Shown piece by piece: positions 9,349 through 18,178 of a DNA stretch of 64,000 nucleotides. The stretch comes from a virus. The stretch is taken from the IMG/VR virus record IMGVR_UViG_3300042294_004068, positions 1 to 64,000 of that record, one strand, 5' to 3'. The notes beneath the pieces were generated by a model. The model had not been told where the DNA came from. It did not search any database and saw nothing but the letters and a program-made list of their open reading frames with translations. Positions within the stretch are counted from its first letter, which is position 1, and each line of letters starts with the position of its first letter. Made by a program: the position numbers and the translations under genes.

Positions 9349-9849
9349 TTGGAACGCTTAAAAGAATTCTTAGAAACAGACCTTGTGAATCTTTCACAGG
9401 GTCTTGTTTCTATTTCTAGAGCAACAACTCATGACTCTGCAAAAGTAAAAGAAGTTTATGATAGAAACGCTCATCTTATTGAGCCTTATCGTTTAGCTCC
9501 TGAAGAAGGTGCTGTTCTTAAAGTTTTTAACATCTTCTGGCAATTTCATGTTTGTGGTCAGATAGTTCTTCAAATTAAAGACAACAAGGGAGTTATTAGT
9601 TATTGGGTTGATTCCCAACTATCTAATAGGAACATCGCCACTAACGCTGTAATCCTTTTGAAAGAGTATGCATTTGATGTACTTAATCTTTCATCTTTAG
9701 AAGCCTACATTCTTTCAATAAACGAACGAAGTATTCGAGTTATTGAAAAGTCAGGCTTCTACAAAACAGAATCAGTTTACAAAGCCAACACCCCAGCAAA
9801 CTCCTCGGTTTTACATTTAATCTATAAAACACAGCCAGAAGACTTGTAA
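9349..9849 (+). CDS. GNAT acetyltransferase, RimJ/RimL-like
   Basis: ISYWVD, AFDVLNL and NERSIRVIEKSGF motifs; start uncertain. Confidence 0.75.
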   Translation: MERLKEFLETDLVNLSQGLVSISRATTHDSAKVKEVYDRNAHLIEPYRLAPEEGAVLKVFNIFWQFHVCGQIVLQIKDNKGVISYWVDSQLSNRNIATNAVILLKEYAFDVLNLSSLEAYILSINERSIRVIEKSGFYKTESVYKANTPANSSVLHLIYKTQPEDL

Positions 9850-9895
9850 TAATGAAATTAGGGATTCTCCCTGTTTTGTTAGTGTAAGGAACAAA

Positions 9896-10552
9896 TTGGC
9901 AAAAACTCAATACCCAATTGATGGGAAAAAAGGCAAGGCTTGGAAAATTACGAGCCCTTTCGGATGGAGAATACATCCAATCGAAAAAACAAAAAAGCAT
10001 CATAATGGCGATGACATTTGGGGATCTAACCCAAAGATATATTGCGAAGCATGGCATGACGGAACTGTTGTCTATGCAGGTACTTCAAAGTTAAAAAACC
10101 CTGACGGCTCTATTGGTGGAGTTGGTTATTATGTAGACCTTCGTAGCAAGATTGATGGTAAGTGGTACGTCGCTCGCTACGGTCACATGGTCGAAGGTTC
10201 ACTAAAAGTTAAGACTGGTCAGAAGGTTGAAGCTGGAACAATTCTTGGCATCATGGGAAACACAGGAGCTTCTGCTGGAAGACACCTTCACTTTGAAATT
10301 GTTGAAGGTAAAGTCCACCGCTGGGATTTAAACGGTAAAGGTTTTGTTAGCCCGATTGCTTTTGTTGAAGCAGTTATGTCTTTTGAAAAGTTAAAAACCT
10401 CTGCGCAAGAAACTACACCTGACACTGGTGCTGTTGACACTACACCTCCTAGCTTTGATGTAAGTAGTTTAGAAGCAAAAAAGAAACCAAAAGGAAAACT
10501 AGTAAACCCTGTACCTTCCTTTAATTCAAAGCCTAAAAAGAAAAAGCCTTAA
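9896..10552 (+). CDS. M23 peptidase (endolysin paralog 1, Lys-rich tail)
   Basis: HNGDD, YGHM and HLHFE motifs. Confidence 0.9.
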   Translation: MAKTQYPIDGKKGKAWKITSPFGWRIHPIEKTKKHHNGDDIWGSNPKIYCEAWHDGTVVYAGTSKLKNPDGSIGGVGYYVDLRSKIDGKWYVARYGHMVEGSLKVKTGQKVEAGTILGIMGNTGASAGRHLHFEIVEGKVHRWDLNGKGFVSPIAFVEAVMSFEKLKTSAQETTPDTGAVDTTPPSFDVSSLEAKKKPKGKLVNPVPSFNSKPKKKKP

Positions 10553-10570
10553 AAGAACTGGTGTTCTAAC

Positions 10571-10638
10571 TTAAAGTCGCATCTTTCTAGTTGACTTAGT
10601 ATTTTTATACAATTTTTAACTAGAAAGATGCACTTTAA
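10571..10638 (+). promoter_or_regulatory. RBS-sequestering hairpin with a -10 element in the loop
   Basis: Arms 10571-10592 and 10618-10638; TACAAT 10608-10613. Confidence 0.7.
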
Positions 10639-11420
10639 TGGCTAAGTCACAATTTCCAATTGATGGTGTTCCAGGTAAAGACTGGAAGGTAACCAGCCAC
10701 ATGGGTTGGCGTGTTCACCCTGTCAAAAAGCAGCGCAAACACCACAACGGCACAGACATCGTTGGTAAGGGTGGAAAGACCTACATCGAAGCATGTTTTG
10801 ATGGCAAGGTCACTTATGCAGGTCCATCTCAAACTAAGATGGACAACGGAGAGCCAAGCGGTTTTGGCTACTATGTAAAAATTACCAGCCAAGTAAATGG
10901 ACAGTGGTATAGCCATTTGTATGCCCATCTTGAGAAAAACTCACTTCAAGTTAAGACAGGGCAGAAGGTGACTGCTGGAACTGTACTGGGTGTCATGGGC
11001 ACTAGTGGCATGAGCACTGGTGTACATTTGCACCTCGAGGTATGGAAAGGAAAAACGCACGGATGGTCAGACGATGGATCAGGATTTTTGGAGCCAACGG
11101 AGTTCATCAAGAGTGTAATTGCAAGCGAGAAGGTAGCTGCAACTGCACAGTTACCGACTCCAGAGGATGTAGTTGTGCCGCTAGCTCCGACCAACGAGAA
11201 AGCTCCCGTCACGAAAGCATCACCCTCTGCGGATGTGAAAGCAAAGCCATCCTCCACACCTGCTCCTGCGGCAACTGCTAAGGTTCATAAGGTTGTATCT
11301 GGAGACACTCTTACCAGAATTGCTGCTTCCTACAAGACAACAATTGCTGTTCTTGTGAAGCTTAATGGTATAAAAGACCCAAACAAAATCAACGTTGGTC
11401 AAACAATTAAACTCCCTTGA
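10638..11420 (+). CDS. M23 peptidase with C-terminal LysM (endolysin paralog 2)
   Basis: HNGTD, YAHL, HLHLE; HKVVSGDTL...[19 protein letters not shown]. Confidence 0.92.
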   Translation: MAKSQFPIDGVPGKDWKVTSHMGWRVHPVKKQRKHHNGTDIVGKGGKTYIEACFDGKVTYAGPSQTKMDNGEPSGFGYYVKITSQVNGQWYSHLYAHLEKNSLQVKTGQKVTAGTVLGVMGTSGMSTGVHLHLEVWKGKTHGWSDDGSGFLEPTEFIKSVIASEKVAATAQLPTPEDVVVPLAPTNEKAPVTKASPSADVKAKPSSTPAPAATAKVHKVVSGDTLTRIAASYKTTIAVLVKLNGIKDPNKINVGQTIKLP

Positions 11421-11445
11421 CACCTTAAGGTCTAGCACATAGACT
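11417..11445 (+). promoter_or_regulatory. Consensus housekeeping-sigma promoter
   Basis: TTGACA-N17-TAGACT. Confidence 0.7.
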
Positions 11446-11485
11446 GCAGGTAAAAGAAACAATAACGACAGGAAGACAAAACGAC

Positions 11486-11665
11486 ATGTCATTAGCTCTC
11501 ACATGCGACGGACCCAGCTGTACTGCATCCGTTCCCAATACTTACGCCAATAAAGCAGCATGGGTTCTTATCTCCCATAAAAATGCAGACAAACATTTTT
11601 GTTCATGGAACTGCACTATTGCTTTTGTAACAGAAGTAGATGTCCTAGACGGTTTTAGCGATTAG
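11486..11665 (+). CDS. 59-aa Zn-finger peptide (not in ORF track)
   Basis: CDGPSC...HFCSWNC. Confidence 0.6.
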   Translation: MSLALTCDGPSCTASVPNTYANKAAWVLISHKNADKHFCSWNCTIAFVTEVDVLDGFSD

Positions 11666-11682
11666 TAGGGTAGGCTTTCAAT

Positions 11683-12387
11683 ATGGGAAGAAAGTTAATC
11701 AAATTCGGTAAAAGCCACGACTACCCAGACACTCCTATTCCTATTAGGAATGTCGTACCTGACTGGTATAAAAAGTCTCCCCGTTTTATTGATGGTAAAG
11801 AGGCAAGTTACATCAATACAGAAAAAGGGTTACGCCCCAACATTGGCATGAAGATGTGCGTTCCTTTTTTTGATTCAATGATTTCTGGCTATACCGCCAC
11901 ACTTTGGCAAGATGTTCTTGTAACTAGACGTCCTGATGGTTTAAAAACCGAGTGGATAGTTGAACCAATTCCTATGATAGAAAGAAGCGTTCATGGAATG
12001 GAATTGCTGCCAATTCCAGCAGGTCATCATCATACTCAATATGCATGGGTAACACCTTTCTCAATTCAAACTCCACCAGGTTATAGCGTTTTGATTACTC
12101 ATCCATTTAATAGATTTGATTTGCCGTTTACTACTCTTACAGGTATTCATGATTCGGATGCGATTATGCCTCATGGTCATCTTCCGTTTTACATCAAAGA
12201 CAACTTTGAAGGAGTCATTCCTGCTGGAACTCCTATCTACCAAATTTTCCCATTTAAACGTGACAACTGGGACTCAGAGTTTGACCCTTCTTTAGCCGAT
12301 AAAGCAGACAAACGTATGTGGCAAGGTATGACCAAATTGTTTGGTCATTACAAACAAAACGTATGGAAGAAGAAGGAGTACAACTAA
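11683..12387 (+). CDS. Conserved phage protein, DUF6065-like (paralog A)
   Basis: PDWYKK, KMCVPFFD, TPPGYS, GxxDSD and IFPFKR motifs. Confidence 0.7.
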   Translation: MGRKLIKFGKSHDYPDTPIPIRNVVPDWYKKSPRFIDGKEASYINTEKGLRPNIGMKMCVPFFDSMISGYTATLWQDVLVTRRPDGLKTEWIVEPIPMIERSVHGMELLPIPAGHHHTQYAWVTPFSIQTPPGYSVLITHPFNRFDLPFTTLTGIHDSDAIMPHGHLPFYIKDNFEGVIPAGTPIYQIFPFKRDNWDSEFDPSLADKADKRMWQGMTKLFGHYKQNVWKKKEYN

Positions 12388-13952
12388 TGGACCTTCGAGA
12401 TATAAAAGATGTCACTATTTTAGGTGGAGGGACCGCAGGATGGCTTGTTGCTCTCTATGCAAAAACGGTTCTTCCGACAAAAAAAGTAACTCTTATTGAG
12501 TCAGACAAGATTGGCATTCTTGGTGCAGGAGAAGGTTCAACTCCTCAGTTAATTTCATTTTTAGATGTACTTCAAATTCCTATTTCAAAACTTATTCAAG
12601 AAGCAGACGTAACTATAAAAAATGGAATCAAGTTTACAAATTGGAATAATGGTGGAAAGTCAGATTGGTTCTACCACCCATTTGTAGGGTACGGCAACTG
12701 TGCAGCTAGTAACGTATCTCTTGAGAGATATGTTTCAGGAACACCAACAATTTTTGCGGAAGCTGCAAAGTTAAAAGAGTCACAAGATGAGTGGTGTTTT
12801 ATAACTCGCTTATGTGAGCAAAATAAAGTTTCTTTTAAAACAATTCAAAATCAAATGTATTCAGCAGAAGATCCTGTTCTTCAATTTGAAAAAATGGGAT
12901 CTTTTTCTTTACATTTTGATGCTAGGAAGCTGGCAAAAACTTTATCCGAAATTGGTCAAGACAGAGGGATTATTCACGTTGAAGGGGTTGTAGAGGACTA
13001 CACAACTGATGATGAAGGCTATGTAACAACTTTAAAGTTGGAAAATGGAGAGTCTATAAAGACAGACTTTATTTTTGACTGCAGTGGCTTTAAGTCTTTT
13101 TTTAGCAAGAAGTTTAATACTAAGTGGATATCTGCAAAACAACATTTAACAGTTAATGCTGCTATGCCATTTTTTATTGATATGGATTCAGAAATTCCTC
13201 CGTACACAGAAGCTGTTGCAATGAAATACGGTTGGATGTGGATGATTCCTTTGCAGTCTCGCTACGGATGTGGCTATGTCTTCAACAGCGACATGATTGA
13301 TGACGAGCAAGCAAAAGAAGAAATTATTGAGTTCCTTGGCTATGACCCAGAGTGGCCTAGAGAGAAATCATTCTCATGGGAGCCAGGTTATTTAGAAGAG
13401 CCTTGGAAGAAGAATGTCTATACTGCAGGTCTTTCAGCAGGGTTCGTTGAGCCATTAGAAGCAACTTCTATTTGGACAACTATCATTGACTGGACTAGTG
13501 CAATTCTTGGTAACACCGAACTTATGTATATCAAAGACCAAGGTGTTATCGATGATTTCAATGCTTCGTGGCGTAAAAATCAGGAAGAAGTTATTGGATT
13601 TATTTACGCTCACTACATGAGTGGTAGGACTGATACAGAGTTCTGGAAGCACTACACATACGAGAATGCTCCAGCAAAAGCCAAGCAATACTTAGACATT
13701 AACAACAAGCGAGCTTTTATTGTTAATGACTTTATTGACCACGCATTCTTTGAAATTGATTCATGGTCTTATATTTTGCTTGGCATTAAAAATCAAAAGT
13801 TTATCGATAACCATAAACTCTTTGAGTTTTACAACTTTACTAGAACTTTTATGGAACAAAGATATATTAGTTTTAAAAAGTTAATTCAAACCGTTGCAGA
13901 TTTTGAAGCAGTCAGTCATAAAGAGTTCCTAGAGAGAATGAAAGAACAGTAA
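12387..13952 (+). CDS. prnA: Flavin-dependent (tryptophan halogenase family) halogenase
   Basis: GGGTAG, GAGEGST, catalytic K in TIKNGIKF, WMWMIP and FVEPLEATSI. Confidence 0.9.
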   Translation: MDLRDIKDVTILGGGTAGWLVALYAKTVLPTKKVTLIESDKIGILGAGEGSTPQLISFLDVLQIPISKLIQEADVTIKNGIKFTNWNNGGKSDWFYHPFVGYGNCAASNVSLERYVSGTPTIFAEAAKLKESQDEWCFITRLCEQNKVSFKTIQNQMYSAEDPVLQFEKMGSFSLHFDARKLAKTLSEIGQDRGIIHVEGVVEDYTTDDEGYVTTLKLENGESIKTDFIFDCSGFKSFFSKKFNTKWISAKQHLTVNAAMPFFIDMDSEIPPYTEAVAMKYGWMWMIPLQSRYGCGYVFNSDMIDDEQAKEEIIEFLGYDPEWPREKSFSWEPGYLEEPWKKNVYTAGLSAGFVEPLEATSIWTTIIDWTSAILGNTELMYIKDQGVIDDFNASWRKNQEEVIGFIYAHYMSGRTDTEFWKHYTYENAPAKAKQYLDINNKRAFIVNDFIDHAFFEIDSWSYILLGIKNQKFIDNHKLFEFYNFTRTFMEQRYISFKKLIQTVADFEAVSHKEFLERMKEQ

Positions 13953-14893
13953 TGGATTTTTCCAAGTTTCCATACGTTAGAGACTTAGGCGGACATATTA
14001 TCGATGTTCGTCGATTAATTGACCCTAACGAAAAAAAGTGGGGCGCGACTAATCTTTCTATTGGAAACTATAAAAATAAGTATGTTGGAGCTTTACGCTC
14101 TAGCAACTATGTCATTCTTGACAATGGGACTTACCATGTCACTGAAGGCAACCTAATAACCTCAAAGATTTATTGGGGAGAGTTCAACAAAGAGTTCAAA
14201 CTAGAAAAGCTAAGACTAATTGACACCTCAATTGCTGGAGATTTTAAACGAGGGCTCGAGGACCCAAAGGTTTTCTACCGCGATGGTGCATGGCACTTAA
14301 CCTGCGTAGTAATGGATAAAGGAGACTTTCCTTATGCACGAATGGCTATTGCTAGGCTAGACGCCAAATGTACTAAGTTTGTTGACTTTAAGATTTTTGC
14401 AGGTATGGATACCCAGCGTCCAGAAAAAAACTGGATGACTACATATGATAAAAATCCTTATTTTGATTTTATCTATGGACCAAACTCCACAGTTCAAAAC
14501 AACATGTTGACTTCGCTATTTTCAGATATAAAGCAGCTGTCTCAACTAAGAGGCAATACAAACTTGCTACTCCTTGAAGACGGGACCTACCTTGGGGTTA
14601 TGCACAGAACTTTTATTAAAAACGAGGCTAAGTGGGCCCCCGAAAGGTTTAGCACTCAAAACGCTGCAGTCCGAAACTACATCCACTACTTTGTAAGGTT
14701 TGACTCCAAAGGCAGTATTTTAGAGATTTCAAAAGGCTTCCAGTTCTTCAAATCTGGAATTGAATTTGCAGCAGGATTGGTAGCCCATAAAGATAACTTC
14801 CTAATAAGTTTTGGAAGAGATGATGTATCTAGTCATATTGCTGTTATGCCAAAAGAGCTAGTTTTAAAATCACTCATTCCAATCGAGTATTAG
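13952..14893 (+). CDS. Five-bladed beta-propeller glycosidase-like protein (GH130/GH43-like)
   Basis: GLEDPK, EKNW, IEFAAGL and ISFGRDD motifs. Confidence 0.65.
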   Translation: MDFSKFPYVRDLGGHIIDVRRLIDPNEKKWGATNLSIGNYKNKYVGALRSSNYVILDNGTYHVTEGNLITSKIYWGEFNKEFKLEKLRLIDTSIAGDFKRGLEDPKVFYRDGAWHLTCVVMDKGDFPYARMAIARLDAKCTKFVDFKIFAGMDTQRPEKNWMTTYDKNPYFDFIYGPNSTVQNNMLTSLFSDIKQLSQLRGNTNLLLLEDGTYLGVMHRTFIKNEAKWAPERFSTQNAAVRNYIHYFVRFDSKGSILEISKGFQFFKSGIEFAAGLVAHKDNFLISFGRDDVSSHIAVMPKELVLKSLIPIEY

Positions 14894-14902
14894 AATCGTT
14901 GT

Positions 14903-15139
14903 ATGACCCTGCTAGGTTCTGGCACTCAAAGCCAAGAAGACACTCGCGTCCTATTTGAGGAAGGCGATCACGAGCGGTACGCCCACTACGCCCCAAAAGA
15001 TGAAATTATGGAGGCGCTAGTTAATGGCACACCGATTATGGCTTTATGCGGAAAGATTTGGGTACCATCCCGAGACCCAAAAAAGTTTCCTGTTTGCCCC
15101 ATGTGCAAAGAGATTTTTGAGCATATGAGCCATGAGTGA
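14903..15139 (+). CDS. DUF3039 protein (actinobacterial family)
   Basis: GDHERYAHY...ALCGKIWVPSRDPKKFPVCPMC. Confidence 0.9.
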   Translation: MTLLGSGTQSQEDTRVLFEEGDHERYAHYAPKDEIMEALVNGTPIMALCGKIWVPSRDPKKFPVCPMCKEIFEHMSHE

Positions 15140-15344
15140 AACAACACAAATAATAAAGCTTGAAGACAAACCTCTAGAGTATGTAACTCTTCGAGAGCAG
15201 TGTGACTCCTGCGGTCATCAAGCTTATTATCGAATCACTTTTGAAGCAGGTCATCTATTTTTCTGTAGGCATCACTACATGAAGCAAGAAGACAACTTCT
15301 TTGAAAAGGCTTTAGATATTGTTGATGAGTCTGAATTACTTTGA
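15132..15344 (+). CDS. Actinobacterial small Zn-binding protein
   Basis: CDSC...LFFCRHH. Confidence 0.7.
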   Translation: MSETTQIIKLEDKPLEYVTLREQCDSCGHQAYYRITFEAGHLFFCRHHYMKQEDNFFEKALDIVDESELL

Positions 15345-15722
15345 AGGCTTTGTAAAGTCTTCGATAGTAAATCCGTCAGTTCTTTCAAGAACTACATAGG
15401 TATAGTCAAACAAACTTAAGTTAGTTTCAAGATTATCTAGTACCTGCTTTACAGGAAGCTCTCCACAAGTGTACAAATCGAACTGGACTTTTGAAGGCTT
15501 GTCCTCGTCCCAAATGTGCATTGCAATGTGAGAAGTTTCAATCATAACTACTGCGGTTAACCCGCGATTACCTTCAGCAGTTACGTATGAAGCGTAAGGT
15601 CCTTGAATGACCTTCATGTCAATTGATTCAACTAGATTGCGCATCCAGTCAATAACAACTTGTTCATCAGTCGGGGGATTTAGTGTCCAACCGTTCACTA
15701 GCAAATGATTGTGTAAAGGCAT
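15336..15722 (-). CDS. speD: Pyruvoyl-dependent S-adenosylmethionine decarboxylase family proenzyme
   Basis: GLTAVVMIETSHIAMHIW and FDLYTCG. Confidence 0.85.
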   Translation of the reverse strand: MPLHNHLLVNGWTLNPPTDEQVVIDWMRNLVESIDMKVIQGPYASYVTAEGNRGLTAVVMIETSHIAMHIWDEDKPSKVQFDLYTCGELPVKQVLDNLETNLSLFDYTYVVLERTDGFTIEDFTKPSK

Positions 15723-15778
15723 ATCTTTACCTCTCTTCGTAATTTGTCTTACCTTACAGTTTAGTAGAATAGTACTTT

Positions 15779-16264
15779 ATGATTAAAAAGTGGTGGAAAC
15801 TCACCGTGTTTCCTTTGTTTATTGTATTATTTCTTACTAGTTCTAGCATAGTCTCAGCAAAAGAAAGTGTTCATTGGAAGACTCAAAAAACCCAATGGAT
15901 AAAAGCTAATTCATGGAAGACTCTTGATTTTGATGGAAAAACATCAATTAGCAAGATAAGTAAAAGCAGAGCACTTTATTGCACACAAGTGGGGCTAAAA
16001 TTTCCCGCAAAGAAACCCGATTATATTAAAGTCAGATTTGCCAGAGTTCTCCCCAATGGAAGCTTAGATACAACTGCAACTAATACATGGGTATTAGGTA
16101 AGAAAGCACCAGAGACATGGCATGGCTCAATATGTTGGGCGATTAGCACAGAGCACCCAGTAAAGGTGCAAATCAAAATAAAAGGTAAGGGGAGTTACGA
16201 ATCCCACTTACGGCAGTTTAAAGCGTGGAGTCCGAACTCTGATCTTCCTCAGATGCTGGAGTAG
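15779..16264 (+). CDS. Secreted basic beta-rich protein
   Basis: Sec signal peptide ending VSA. Confidence 0.65.
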   Translation: MIKKWWKLTVFPLFIVLFLTSSSIVSAKESVHWKTQKTQWIKANSWKTLDFDGKTSISKISKSRALYCTQVGLKFPAKKPDYIKVRFARVLPNGSLDTTATNTWVLGKKAPETWHGSICWAISTEHPVKVQIKIKGKGSYESHLRQFKAWSPNSDLPQMLE

Positions 16265-16493
16265 TTTCTAGAACCTCTTCTGCTTCTTTCATGTCATGGC
16301 GGGTAAGACCAAGGTCATAGGTCTGCTCACCCTCGTCAGCCTCGCGTACGACAGTAAAGCCACCGTCACGCCATACAACAGTTGGGACAGGCATAATGTC
16401 CTTGCATGCGCCATCGACCATGCAGTCTTGAATGTGGTTAGCAAACACACGGGCATTATTTGGGTAGCTGTGATAGCCGCAGATACATTTCAT
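16218..16493 (-). CDS. Hypothetical protein (N-terminal CxC...H..C)
   Basis: Leaderless TAGAAT + 6 nt. Confidence 0.6.
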   Translation of the reverse strand: MKCICGYHSYPNNARVFANHIQDCMVDGACKDIMPVPTVVWRDGGFTVVREADEGEQTYDLGLTRHDMKEAEEVLETTPASEEDQSSDSTL

Positions 16494-16497
16494 AGTT

Positions 16498-16818
16498 TTA
16501 TTCTACATCCAATCCCTTGGCCTTACGGCCCGCTCTGGTCTTAACTTTATTATGAACCCGACGGATTTTATCAACATGGAAGGACCTTAATGTCTTATAA
16601 CCTGCTGGCCCTCCCACCACATCTACCCACTCAGAACCAGTTTTTGGGTTCAAGACGTGCTTTATGAAATTGAATCTGCCTCGCTCTCCTTTGATGGAAA
16701 GCTCTGACCCTTGCTTGACATGTCTTCCATGGATGACTATCTCGCTCGAAGTAATCCAATGAGCAGTCGGGTTAGGCGTTGGATTAGAAGGTTCAGTCGT
16801 TTTTTTCCTGCGTCCCAT
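16498..16818 (-). CDS. Conserved actinophage hypothetical protein
   Basis: IKGERGRFNF...EWVDVVGG; leaderless TATGAT + 6 nt. Confidence 0.7.
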   Translation of the reverse strand: MGRRKKTTEPSNPTPNPTAHWITSSEIVIHGRHVKQGSELSIKGERGRFNFIKHVLNPKTGSEWVDVVGGPAGYKTLRSFHVDKIRRVHNKVKTRAGRKAKGLDVE

Positions 16819-16880
16819 TTTGTTATCATACCTTCTTCCTCTACTAAAGTCAAATTCCTTTATTACTTTATACTTTAATA

Positions 16881-18137
16881 ATGGCTACAACACCAAACAA
16901 CAATGTTTCTAAACCTTCTCGCGATCAAATCAACGCGTTTCGTTCAGACATGTTTGGACGTACCAAGGTCTCTGATGCTTTTACTTTATTTGACGCCTCC
17001 CACAGATACAGTCAAAACGGAGATTTTAGCGACGTAACCTCTGGTACCGCTTCAGCAACTCACATCCCAGAACAAAGCACAGCTGCTTTGACTGTTGGAA
17101 CTGCTTCTGGTGACAAGCTTTATAGAGAAACAAAAAAGGTTTTTTCATACCAACCAGGTAAATCATTACAGGTTTTGCAGACTTTTGTTTTTGCTCCAGC
17201 TAAAACAAATCTTCGTCAAAGAGCAGGATACTTTTCAGTCCACAATGGTTTTTATTTAGAGCTTGATGGAACAACCGTTAACTTTGTAAGACGTTCTTAT
17301 GCAAGTGGCAATGTTGTCGAAGTTCGAGTCCCTCAATCTGAATGGAATCTAGACAAACTTGATGGCACTGGTCCTTCAGATGTACTTCTTGACTTAAGTA
17401 AGGCACAGATTCTTTGGTCTGAGTATGAGTGGCTTGGTGTAGGTTCAGTTCGTCTTGGTTTTGCTATTGACGGTATTTTTATTGAGGCTCACCAGTTCAA
17501 CCACGCAAACAACATAGACACGGTTTATATGACTACCGCTTCACTTCCCTGCAGATATGAAATTGAAAATACAGGGACTACTGCTTCATCAAGCACAATG
17601 AAGCAAATCTGTATTTCAGTTATTTCTAACGGTGGGTATCAAAAGCAGTCAATCTCTTGGACAGCATCTCGTACTACAGCTGTTTCAGTTGGAACTACTT
17701 ATTACCCACTTGTAGCAATAAGACTTGCAGCTGGTCGAGAAGACTCCGTTATTCTCCCAGCTAACTTTGCTGCACTTCCATCAACTGATGGAAACTTTGT
17801 TATTTCTCTTATTAGAAATCCAGCCTCAATAACTGGGGGAACTTGGTCAACCCATTCAAACGACAATATTGAATATAATAACTCAGCAACTTCTATGAGT
17901 GGCGGAACTGTTGTGGGTGAGTATTTCTTAGCTGGCGGTTCTGGTCCAGGTAACTCAGGGAAGAGTGCTGCAGTTGGTCTTGACATCAATGGGCTAGCAA
18001 ACTTTGCTTTGCAACTTGGAAGAACTAATGCATCAAGCGTTGGCGGCCCAGTAAGTGATGTTTATGTTGTAGCAGCAAAAACTCTTTCAGGGACTGGAAG
18101 CGTTGTCGGTTCAATTTCTTGGTTTGACTTACTCTAA
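16881..18137 (+). CDS. Putative virion structural beta-protein, homologous to parts of 55084.. and 57786..
   Basis: DMFGRTKVS, YQPGKS, EWLGVGSVRLGF and LPCRYEI. Confidence 0.7.
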   Translation: MATTPNNNVSKPSRDQINAFRSDMFGRTKVSDAFTLFDASHRYSQNGDFSDVTSGTASATHIPEQSTAALTVGTASGDKLYRETKKVFSYQPGKSLQVLQTFVFAPAKTNLRQRAGYFSVHNGFYLELDGTTVNFVRRSYASGNVVEVRVPQSEWNLDKLDGTGPSDVLLDLSKAQILWSEYEWLGVGSVRLGFAIDGIFIEAHQFNHANNIDTVYMTTASLPCRYEIENTGTTASSSTMKQICISVISNGGYQKQSISWTASRTTAVSVGTTYYPLVAIRLAAGREDSVILPANFAALPSTDGNFVISLIRNPASITGGTWSTHSNDNIEYNNSATSMSGGTVVGEYFLAGGSGPGNSGKSAAVGLDINGLANFALQLGRTNASSVGGPVSDVYVVAAKTLSGTGSVVGSISWFDLL

Positions 18138-18178
18138 ATAACCTGGACTTTTTTCACTTTCTCTGATAGCGTCGAGCT

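Noticed and set aside
9346-9351. In-frame TAG-TTG junction as stop-codon recoding
   Set aside because: Many genes end cleanly at TAG (14893, 50559, 63890) and no suppressor tRNA is present
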